DNA of 64,000 nucleotides, from positions 186,001-250,000 of the forward strand of contig NMRA01000142.1 of assembly GCA_002633005.1 (NCBI GenBank), in the 5' to 3' direction. This stretch comes from Phoronis australis (Eukaryota > Animalia > Phoronida). The translations under genes and the position numbers were made by a program. Of the stretch, positions 13,201 to 25,200 are shown one piece after another. Below the pieces are notes generated by a model. The model had not been told where the DNA came from. It ran no database searches and was given only the letters and a program-made list of their open reading frames with translations. How positions within the stretch are numbered: the first letter of the stretch is position 1; every line of letters starts with the position of its first letter.

Positions 13201-16200
13201 GCTCTGTCAACCATCCCCATCTCACTGAGAAACGCAGCGACGACAATGAAGGATTTATTCCAAGCCGACTTTTCATCAAATCAACTGAAAACATTTGACT
13301 GCAATTTATTCAGACACAGCAGATATCACGGTATTTTGTCGATTTACTATAAAAACAATAGCATGACACAAATTCCGCCGTGCTTTTGCAACACCTCATA
13401 CCTCTCTGTAGATTTTAGTCACAACAAAATTACAGACATCAGTTATTTGGGATGTAGTCAAACGAATAACTTTAATTTGTCTTTCAACAAGATTACGACT
13501 ATACCAAAATTTTACAAAGACAGACTACATAATCTGATGTCTCTCATACTGGATAACAACAACATTTCGGTCATTAAGACTGGATCTTTTGTGCAACAAT
13601 TGCTGTCTTTGCAAACACTCAGCCTTGCAAATAACAAAATTACTAAGATCGAGCACCATGCCTTTGGATCTTTGAACTCACTCGTCAAGCTTTCCCTCAA
13701 TGGTAATCGACTACAGACATTTGACAAAGCAATGGCACCTACGGCAACCATTCATCCCTTTGAGATTGACCTGAGGAACAACACCCTGAAACATCCGCCT
13801 TATGAAAATCATGATTACATTGGCCCGTCAAATTCCGTAACCTTAATTGCCGGAAACCCATACCAGTGTGATTGTGCCATGGGTAGGTTTATAGAAGCCA
13901 TGAAACGCAGCAACGTTATGGACAGACTGAGAGGAGTGGAAAGCGCGATCTGCAAGACTCCACAAGACCTGAGTGGAAGCAGACTAGTAGATCTCAACTT
14001 TAATGAAACCTGTGACTACATTGATGAATGCCCCACCAACTGTAAGTGTGTAGAAAACAAATCAAGCGAGACAGTCGCTGTTGACTGCAGGCAATCTAAC
14101 CTTACATCAATGCCCGATGTCATGCCGGAAGGATTTCTAAAGGTGGACCTCAGTGGCAATGCAATACAAGTACTGCAAAGACGTGAGTATTTGAACAGTG
14201 TGCTGGAGTTAGATTTAAGTCACAATCAGCTAAACCATGTATCTGAGTTGGCAATGCACCAACTGGATAAGATAGCTAAGTTATGTATGGACAACAATAA
14301 CCTAGGCAGACTGCCAAGGATTTTGAGTGATTGGCATCCCATCAATTTAACTTCTCTCCGCCTACACAATAATCCCTGGCAATGCTCCTGCCAGACACTT
14401 TGGCTGAAAACCTGGCTCAGTAGGTTCGGTTCAATTTTGAAAAAACCACAAGAAGTTCGGTGTTACAAAGATGGCCGCTACCAAGCGTCCGTCCTTACTA
14501 CTGCAATCACCTGCACGGACTACAAACTAGAAGCCATCAGCGTGTCCACTATAGCAGCTCTCTGTTTACTGGCGGGTCTGCTGGTCTGGTACTACCGGTG
14601 GGAGATCAGACTTTTGCTACATATGCATCTCAAACGGTATCCTTTTGACGGTGAGAGTGCTCGCCAAAAGACATACGACGTCTTCATCTCGTATTCAGAA
14701 GAAGATGCTCCGTGGGTACGAGAAAGACTCGTCCAGATTTTGGAGAAAGAGCACCAGCAGCCGTTGAGAGTTTGCTTTCATGAGCGTGACTTTATATGCG
14801 GTGCGCCTATAGCCTCAAATATCCAGAGCGCCATTGAAGACAGTCTCTTTGTCATTATTGTGATGTCGCCGGCATTTTTAAGAAGCGAATGGTGCATGTT
14901 TGAGTTCAAATTAGCGCACAATTGCATGTTGAAGAACATCATTGCTAATACGCTTATTGTGCTCAAGGAAATGCCCGACATTCATGGTCTCGACGTTCTT
15001 CTCCGCTCTTACTTTCGCACTAAAGCATACTTGGATGTTAGAGACGATGCCTTCATAAACAAACTGTATGACAAACTTAAAACAAACCGCAAACAAGATG
15101 AGCTACAAGAGTCCCTAAACAATGGTCTTATTGGTGGCGCAGAAGTAGGGACTTCCGGACGTTGCCACTTAATTGGCAGGCAAGAAAATGTAATTTAATA
15201 GACTCTAAATAGACGTCAAGGACCTCCTGCAGCTGCGGATGCATAATAAATATATTGTAGACAGTGTGTTACTGGCTTAACAGACCACGTGCAAGATTGT
15301 TACAACAACAGACAGTAAATACTGACATGCTTTCACATTATGTTGTAATCCTATAAAAATCTTGGAGGTTGCAGATTAATACACTATGTACATGGAATAC
15401 ACACAATAATTGATATCTTGCATTTTTAGTATTTTCTTGTCTTTCTGTGATGGCATCACAGACAGCAACAAATCCACCATCTTAGTCCCAAGCACATGGC
15501 ATATTTGATTACGACTGCACAACAATCGCCTGTTTACACACTGTCAAGTTTAACATTTTTGCATTGCCTGATTCATGTATTGCCTTTATCGATAGGTCAA
15601 TGGCATTTGTGGAGGTGTTCGAGATATTTACAGAGCTCTCCACAAGTAAAAAAATATGTTTCAAAAGTGCGCGAATGCTAAAAACGTGCCCCCTACTTTT
15701 GAAATTTTTTTGATTAAGCGCTCACCGCTCAGGCGAGTGCCAACTCATAATTTGCTTCACAGAATTTGAAAACAGTAAAGTGCGTTTTCAAATCCGGAAA
15801 CTGGGCATACATTCTATAGACACAAGAACCTTGCGAATTCTTGGCGAAGTCTTGGAAACTCTCGCAAGTGTTTTTGCAAAGTTCTCGCATCTATGGAGTG
15901 CATGGCTTACCTGTGACATTCTTTGGTTGCCTTATGTTTTCCATATAGGGCACATAGTCTGTGCCAAGAAGCAAATGTCGGGGACATTTTGCAGATGACC
16001 TATTTTTTTCCATATATGGCATACATTCAGTGCCACGGGAGCAACCTCAAATCATTGAACAAGAGTGTTGAAATGTGCCCACAAATGCATCGCAAACGGT
16101 TTGCTTTTGGATTGTTTATTAGTCATAAAAATGGCCACTACATGGCGCAAAAATGTACAATCCATCCGAAAATGGGAACATGTCATAGCTTTTTTAAAAG

Positions 16201-19200
16201 AAAGCTATTCACCAAATTTCATAGAAATCTGTCATGATGGAACTTCAGAGAAACAAAGGAAAACAGAATAAAATGAAAACTGCCACTAGGGGGCACAGTG
16301 TTCATTGGATCCACCTGAAAGTCGTCATTGTCCGTTGTTATTTTCATATAAATACACTTCCTAAATTTAATAAAGACCCAGTAGTGAGTTTAGGAGGTAC
16401 AGCTATGGGCGCAAAAGAAAACAAAACTACCATAGAGACGCCACAGTAGTCAAAGTCGTCGTCGTCAACCATCCTCTTCACAGAGAGAACATAAACGCCA
16501 ATTTTCAAAACCATCCTTAGACTGATTTGGTTGATAGAGGGGTGGCCGCCAAAAAACAGATTCGAAAACAGCAAAAATGGCCACTAGGTGGCGCAAAATA
16601 CCTTGATTCCTTCCAAAAACGAGAGGATAGCGTCGTCTCACTGAGAGATGCCTGTATTCAAAATTTTATGAAATTCCGTTGAGGACCCTTGAAGATACAG
16701 ACTGAGGTAAATGTAAAATATAAAATTGCCACCAGGGGGCACACCAATAGTCACATCCATCTGAAAGTCGTCATTGTTCTTTGTCAACATCATATAAATG
16801 CACTTGCTAAATTTAGTAAAGATCCTGTAAACCATTTAAGATATACATCCATGGGCGCAAAAAACGAAACTGCCACTAGGAGGTGCCACAGTAGCTGAAG
16901 TCATCGAAAATCATCGTCACCTGTCCACTTCATAGTAAAAACATACATGCCAATTTTCACAATTATCCTGAAAGCGGTTTGGTTGATAGAGGGGTGGATG
17001 CCAAAAAACAGATGCGAAAATGGTAAAAATAGCCACCAGGTGGCGCAAACTAAATTGAATCCATCTGAAAACGGAAAGATAGCGTCAACACACTAACAGA
17101 AGCCTGTACGCCAAATATTTGAAAATACATTGAGGACCTTTGAATATACAGAGGTTAACGCAAAAAAAATTGCCACCAGGGGGCACACCAGTAGTCAAAT
17201 CCGTCCGAAAGTCGCAGTCCTTTGTCAACATCATATAAATGGACTTGCTAAATTAAGTAAAGATCCTGCAGATGGTTTAGGAGATACAGCCATAGGTGCA
17301 AAAAAAACAAAACTGCCACTAGGAGGTGCCACAATCGACGAAATCGTCGGAAAATCATCATCAGCTATCCTCTTCACAGTAAGAACATACATGCCAATTT
17401 CCACAATCATCATAAGAGCGGTTTGGTTGATAGAGGGGTGGACGACTAAAAACATACTCGAAAACAGTAAAAATGGCCACTAGGTGGTGCACATTATGTT
17501 GAATCTATCCGAAAACGGGTGGATAGCGTCATCTCACTAATAGAGGCCTACATGCCAAATTTTATGGAAATACGCTGAAGACCTTTGAAGATATAGAGGG
17601 AAGCGTAAAAACTAAAATTGCCACTAGGGGCAGAACGGTAGTCGAATCCGTCCGAAAGTATGCTCATGCCATCCCATCCATGAAAGGAACACGTGCAAAA
17701 TTTCATGAACATAATCATGTGAAACGGTTTTGGAGTTAGAGTAACGGACGCCTGAAGCCGGACGGACGCCGGACGGACGCCGGACGGACGCCGGACGGAC
17801 GCCGCCCAGACGTACGGATGGAGATGATGGCATAATGCGTCCACATGTAAATAAAATGGAGGGAGTGCACTTACATTTACCCAAGTTGCACCTACATGAC
17901 TTTGATGACATCGTAGGTCAGTCCTAGAAATTTGGCAGACATTTTCTCCTATTTCGAGTTGTATGATACTCTTGCTACTCAAATTCATGTTTTGGTCAAA
18001 GAGCGCTAATAGATGGGGACGCAGCATCAATAGCTTTTGCACAAAACTTTGGAAGTGCCAATCTCAAGAAGACTTTCTAAAGGCATTTATTGGTAGATAT
18101 TGAGTAACCTACAACACAGGTAAAATTATCACGAATACTTGTCAAATTCAGCTGAAAATCAACACCAATGAAACTATCTCTAGAAGGTGCTGCACAAGTC
18201 TATTCCCTTGAAAAAATAGGCAGGCGCTGAAATATCCTACTGACATTACAGCCGTTCAAGACTGCAGAATGCTGTCCATCAACTACACTATCACCATCTA
18301 GCTACAAGGGGTATTTCACCATGTCACTCCTAGACCACAAAATGGCTACCGAGGAAAACAAAATTAAAGAAAATAGTCAAAAGGGAGCAGCACTAGTTGA
18401 ATCCATCCATGAATCAACATCAGCAACCCAACAGCCACACTAATTGAATAAATGAGATAAACAACCAAGAACAAAATAAATGCAGCTATGAACAGCAAAT
18501 TTCATAAGCATCAGAGCCTTGTGCGAGCAACCTAAACAGAGAAATTAACCAGATAGGATGCAAAACCAAGACAACATGCAAGCAAATCAATCATACAAGA
18601 TTGTTCATCATACAATAGGTACATACGGATGATTGAATTCACCGCTCACCACAACAGAGAATCAACGAAATTTAATGCAACTCACTCGAATGCATTGTCC
18701 GACAGGTCGGATAGTGGTCTGTCGGAGGGCAGAGACGTGTCTAGAAGCTGGAGGTGAATGTCAGTGGTGGCCCTGGAACAAGAGTATCATGCAGTCAGTA
18801 GGCTATGGTACTACAAGCAGGTGATGATAGACTATGGGTAAGTTTCACAAAAAGTGCATCAAGACTTAAAGAGGAATGCAAAACCTGTTTTAAAGCAATA
18901 TTTAGTAAGAATACTGATCCCCGGTTATTTTGGGTATCTGCGCTTTCATATAGCAGTTAAAACTGTTGTTGACCTGGCGTGTATTTATCACACTTGGCCC
19001 AATAGAAAGCGTCACAACCGGACAAGGAAAAGGCCAGTGTTTTGGTTCTGCATTCCTTTCATTCAGCAAATGCAATGAACACAGTTTGTGTCGGTCATTT
19101 GTGTTACGAATGGAAGTGAAATGTAGAAACAGAATGAGAGGATTTCGGCCATACACGACACTTTCTTTTGATCCATGCACAGTAAATACACACCTACGGA

Positions 19201-22200
19201 ACAGTAACTAATGGGAAAAATGTCTTGTCGTGAAAAATGGTCGTCACTTTCCCCTTTAAATCAGAAATGGCCTCTTACGCTCCACACCACTACCGGTATT
19301 TCCAAAAATGCTTGAATCTCGCCTCGGCACAGTTCCAAGTCTGAGAAAATACCTATCATTGGCAAATAACGTGTCGTGTAATTAACATTTTGATAAACTG
19401 TGACGTACGAAACCGTACATTGCAAAAGCTGTATTCAGTAACAGTGGGAGCTGGACAAAATTTGTTGTGATTCGAGTCTAAAGTCATTTTTCATGAAACA
19501 GGTCCATGCAACAAGAGATTGGGTGTAGACGCATGCAAACTGCCTGGCAGGGAATTAAAAGTATGGACCTCCAGTACCCTGGGTAAAGAGAGCAGTGAGG
19601 ACCATTCGGTCATAAAAATGATGAGTTGAGCATTCTTGAGAACATTTCGGGCAACAAGCCTTGGTCAGTACAAGGATTTGTGGTGTGATACTGCACCCCC
19701 TCCCCACCTGAGATAATACCGTCGAAAGAACAAAGTAGTGAAAAAAAGCCAAAAACTGACCTGAGACGATACGCATGAAGTCAACTTACCCATTCAAGAT
19801 TACACCCAAGAGAGAAAAATACCTGACAAGTCAAAATACCAAAAAAGATGTCTGAGGGATTAAGCGCTGCCAGTTGCAAAATTCGCATCTGATTTGGCAG
19901 CACTGCCCAACCAGCTCTTCCGAGGTCAAGGCTTTTTTGGTTATGCCATGTATCGCTTAGTTTGACAGACAGTAGCCACTGAGGTAAGGCAAAATCTCAC
20001 CACTTTATAATACAATAAGACAGACAAGTAAACTCTCGTTTTATTTTTCACAAAAGACAAGTATTAACAAATAAACACTTGTTAAGTTATTTAACATAGT
20101 TACCACCAGGCTATGTTTTGAGAAACTCTGGCCATTCGTCACTAAGTCAGAAGCCTGGTTAGAAAAATGGGAAAATGTCAATTTTGGCAAAGTTTTTTGC
20201 TTGAAATTTTGGTGAGATTGTACCATCAGCTTTAAAGCGGCAAGTGATGTATATTGTGTAAGAGTGCGAATAGAACACGATGCAGGGAGAGCTGTATAAA
20301 AGAGAATAATAAGCTTACAGTGACTTCTTCAAGGGTACGCCAGTGATCGCCGATCGGCTTCGCATGTGACCAGACACTGATGGTTTATATCCCAGACCCA
20401 ACTTATCCTTCAAACTGGCAGCCTGCAATACAAACACAATAGAGAGCATTGTTCAACTAGATATTAGAAGAATTAAGTTATCATTCATTTCGAGCACAGT
20501 TCTCCAGGAAGTCACTAGGTGGAGCTTGCATAAACAGGATCACTTAACGTCACAACAAATCTACAATATTCAAGCAACTCTGCACTTTTGTAGCAGATTC
20601 TAAGCTTGTCTTTCTTAAGCACTCTCAATGAGATCGAGTGTACAAAATGTTTACGCACCTTGACCTTTTTGGTCACGTATTCACTAGTTTAATGACAACA
20701 GACTGGATAGAATCATTCATGAATAAGGTTATTTATAGCAGTATAGACATTGATGTTTTACCTTACACTAATATGACATTGACTGGGTCATGTGACCATG
20801 TCTTTTATATAAAATTCAGCAAAAAAGGGGGAAGATAAATTCATAGCAAAACAACTGATTAAGTAACATTGGCCACATTTCATTTGATATCAATGTTCCA
20901 CGATATTTCAAAACACTATTAAATTTTCTAAAATTAGCTTTCGTTTTCATTTTAAGTTTACGTTCTTTCTAATAAAAATCATAAAAGCTTATTTTTGTCT
21001 TAATTTTGTTAGCCCCTGCCTGTATTAGCAGGTCGCTGATAAAGAAATATAATGCTATTTTTGCTACCAGCATTAACTGAAGAATAAAAGAATAGAATGT
21101 TCGCAAACTCAAAATGGATAACTGAAAACTGCCACAAAGACGGAGCTGCAAAAGTTTAGACAATACAAATCGTAATGTTTTGTTTTAAAGAATTACCGGT
21201 CTTCGTAATCTCAATGTTACCCTTATAGCAATTGACCACTGCCGGAGCCTCTCTCACCTGAGCGAAATTTACCTGTGCCACCTAGGAGGCTTTTTTCGGT
21301 ATGGACAAAAAACCCATAGTCACCAACAATTTGAGGGACTGTGTGAGTTAGAAGTGAATTCTAAACCGGAAGGGAATTTTTTAATAATTGAAGGAAAGTT
21401 TTCAGGCGTGGTGAGCGGAATTGCGGGTGATTTTTAAATACTTTTCAAAGGGAAATGGAGCTAATATTTGACTCCAAAATCGAGGCGTCGGGAGCCCTGA
21501 ACTGAGAGGCAACTGAAATCTACAGTTGTTACAAGACAAAAAGTAAACAGACAGAATACTGTCTCCCCACCATGACTGCTAATTCTGTTAACAGCAAAAT
21601 TGATTGGTAATAATAACAAGGGCAGCACAATTCTAGTATAAAAAATGGCTTAGCCACCGTATAATTTTCTCGTTCATTGCTCTTTATTCTCAGACAGGAA
21701 GGAACACTATTCTGACGATGACAGTGGCGTCTGCTCAGACGTCATGACGGTGAATTCTGGGTAATTTTGTCTGAATACTTTTGGTTTATATTGTATCACC
21801 AAACACAGAACAGATACGAGTGTCTGCTGCAAAACTGTACCTTGACGCTCTGAGCCCTGATCTTGCTGACGATATCCCGTCGGAAATCGTGGTACAGAAC
21901 AGCCTCCAGCTCTTGTAGTTTCTTTTCTTCTAAGTCAATGTAAGCATTTTTGGCGCCAAGACTCCTGCAAGTGCAGACTATATGTATAGCAGGTTACTTT
22001 GCAAAGACAGTAAAAATACAAGATACAATGAAAAAATGAAGCGAGGGCAGACAAACGACGAGGCAATGTTTGTAAAAGCCACTTTATTTTTTTTTGTTTT
22101 GGAGCGGAATCCCCCGTTTTGGTTCAAGAATACGCTGATTTAGCATTCCAAATTACACAACCTAAATCAAATGGACTTTGATTGCTTGAATGGATAGATT

Positions 22201-25200
22201 CCCAGTCACCAGCTTAAGATATCCCAGTTTGAAGTAAACACTATTGAATTTGCCTAGTAATTAGAGGCACTTCAACGAACAAAATGTTTTAGTAAGGCCT
22301 TAACTCTCTAATGTCTTCAATTAAAATTTACAACTTACCATGCATGTTTTACCCAAACAATTCATGCGATGAAGACAAAGATTTTCTTCTAAAAGAGAAT
22401 CCAGTATAAATGGCACTCTCACGCATTCAAATCCACACGTAGAATATTAGTTGTGATTTGAATACACATAGAGAAGCTTTTAGTATGGCCAGCTGGATAG
22501 TTCTAACTTTAGAATGTTAAGACTTTGGAATAAACCAATAAAACAACTTTGCATAAGAAAGCGTAGTTTATTTAAATTGCCGAACAGTTTCATTTGACTG
22601 GTAAGTTTGAGGAAGACCTTCGAACAAGACAGTTATAAACATCTACTAGGTATAAAAAATTTCCTGACTGTGAACAACTGAATTCAAGTGCACTCTCTTG
22701 CTTCAATTTAGTTTGAAATTGGTGATTTTGAATTGTCCTAGTGCTGAGAAGCCCATTAAGAGAAACTACACTAAGCTTGCGGATGAAAAAACAAAAAAGT
22801 TACTGACAATTTAGATCTTAAAACTGTACTAGATGAAATTTGGCTGGCAAACCTTCTCCCTGAAAGCCAGCTTCAGCTTAAATGCCCCAGGATACTTGGG
22901 AAGTGATAATAAATATAAACTTTTACGAGCGTCAACACCCTAAATCTAGCATTTGTTCATAATTCCAGAAATCTTTGTCAAAAATACAGACAATTCGTTG
23001 CAGCACAGCCTTTAAAAGGTAAATTTCAGGATTATGGATGTTTTGCCAAACATTGGGGACCTGAAGCAACTTATTTGGATAACCTGCTACCGTTTCGTCA
23101 AAAGTCAAGAATTGTTCACGCCAGAAGTTAACATCACATTAATTCACAGCTCATCTTGTGTCGGACTGTTGTGAAATCATTTTTGTCCCCTGTTTAAGAG
23201 TTTGATTGCCAGACTTTGTAAAAGTCTTCTCACTAATTCCTCAGGACCCCATGACTACTACTTGGTCATTAAATATGATGATGACATCTGTCTTGGCCGA
23301 CTGACCTGGCGGAACCGGCGAAGTCAATTGAAATGTCAGCTCTCGGATTCTGGAATGCTCGATTTTTTGGTAAAAATAGCATCTACTGATAACTCATGAG
23401 TATTTTTAAGCTCTAGCATCTTGCTAAACGTTGAAAAATCCGGGAATTTTTTATTAAGCTTGAGCCACACAGTAGATCCCCATTCTGATGTGTGCGATAT
23501 GCAACGGACTCACTCACTTGAGATCTTGTACAAGGCGAGCCTGTTCGTTCATTTCTCGTTCTATCAACCTCACTCTCAGTTTGGGGTTCATAGACGTGTC
23601 ATAAACAAATGGAGGAAGACTGTCAGACACTTTCACTGACAACAGTGTCGGAGCATCAATCTAGTGTGGAAACAACAAAATATTACTTTACTCACAACAC
23701 AATTTTTTCCTTTAAATGTGATATTACAGAGTCCTGGATGGTAAACATCAATAGGCAATTTCACATCCATAATTGCTATGTCAGAAGTTCATCCCATGCA
23801 CCCATAATTATAATCATTTTTAACAGATAAAACTTAATAAAATGATCCTGAAATTCTTAAATTATGTCAGAAATTTTATGAACATCAAAGTAATGTACAG
23901 ACTAGGTATGTAGTTAAGTGACCACAATGTGTGATTACTTCAAGGGCATCGCAATAACTAACACAGAATATTTGCCAGAAATTTGCAACAATTGTTTTTC
24001 ATTATTCCATAATAATAGAAACTAAATGCAAAAATTTTGTAATGTCGTAAAGCAATGCTTGCTTTATAGCTTTTTTGGTAAACTGTGTGCAGCTCCCTTA
24101 ACTATTTTAATTAATGAAGTTTGCACAACAATAAAGCAGCCTTAAACCCGTGAGGAAAAAAACAGGCTACTTCCGACTTTGAATTGATCTCAATTTTGAG
24201 TAAAAGGATTAGACCTCAGCCCAGCTTTCAAAATTCTCTTCACCTCGTCTTCTTTTTCCTCGTCGTTTGGCTGATCATCAGTGGGCAGTTCCTCATCGCT
24301 GGCCAGAGCGGTCAGTGTCTGACCAAGGATGTTGAGTCGCTGACCGATGTTAGTGTCCAAATGGACGTTGATGCCANTAAAGCAATGCTTGCTTTATAGC
24401 TTTTTTGGTAAACTGTGTGAAGCTCCCTTAACTATTTTAATTAATGAAGTTTGCACAACAATAAAGCAGCCTTAAACCCGTGAGGAAAAAAACAGGCTAC
24501 TTCCGACTTTAAATTGATCTCAATTTTGAGTAAAAGGATTAGACCTCAGCCCAGCTTTCAAAATTCTCTTCACCTCGTCTTCTTTTTCCTCGTCGTTTGG
24601 CTGATCATCAGTGGGCAGTTCCTCATCGCTGGCCAGAGCGGTCAGTGTCTGACCAAGGATGTTGAGTCGCTGACCGATGTTAGTGTCCAAATGGACGTTG
24701 ATGCCATCCATCTCCCACAGAATGTTAAGTACCCACTTAGCAGTGCTGGAGGGGTCTGTAGAAGTAGATTATCTTGTCTTGAGCACTTTTTTAATGATGA
24801 AAAACAGGTAACCGATTTTACGCTTCAATAACCAAGTCTTAACACAATGGTTTTAACAGCCGATAATGTAACAAGAATACAATTAAAAAGTCAGAGAAAT
24901 TAAATTTCTTCATAGTAAACAAAATATAACTAAAAACATTACTCTGTAACAGTTTTGAAATATTTCTTGTCAACTGAAACTATCATATATACAAAGAGCA
25001 TCGACACAAAAGGTCCCTTACCAAAACCATTGCCAACTCGACATAAATGTGCGCAGTGCTCAGTCCTAAAATGGGTGAAAAACAATCCACAATAAGCACA
25101 CAAACCTGAGACAGTATTCACAATTGTTTTTGAGCAAACTTCATAGGTTCCCTGAGGTACGACACAGGCGTTCATGATGATGCCTGCCTCTGGACTTGGA

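Larger units (their letters stand above)
16057..17850 (+). mobile_element. Non-autonomous Helentron/HINE-like element with an internal satellite array
   Basis: Begins near aacaagag, contains tandem ~150-bp subunits and ends with a GGAC-type microsatellite and a short 3' segment. This layout resembles DINE-1/CvA-like Helentron derivatives. No transposase/RepHel ORF; boundaries approximate. Confidence 0.6.

Noticed and set aside
17548-18042. 164-aa and 95-aa minus-strand ORFs with ASVRRPSGVRP repeats
   Set aside because: Produced by the 11-bp GCCGGACGGAC repeat inside a non-autonomous element; not a credible protein.
23306-23349. cag...gtcagt-bounded exon-like segment
   Set aside because: 44 nt, would shift the frame between exons 37 and 38, whose junction (DLK|SLGA) is already colinear with the family.
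24184-24831. Two near-identical plus-strand ORFs (MISILSKRIRP...) suggesting a duplicated small membrane protein
   Set aside because: They are the antisense of BLTP1 exon 36 and are duplicated only because of the N-junction artefact.
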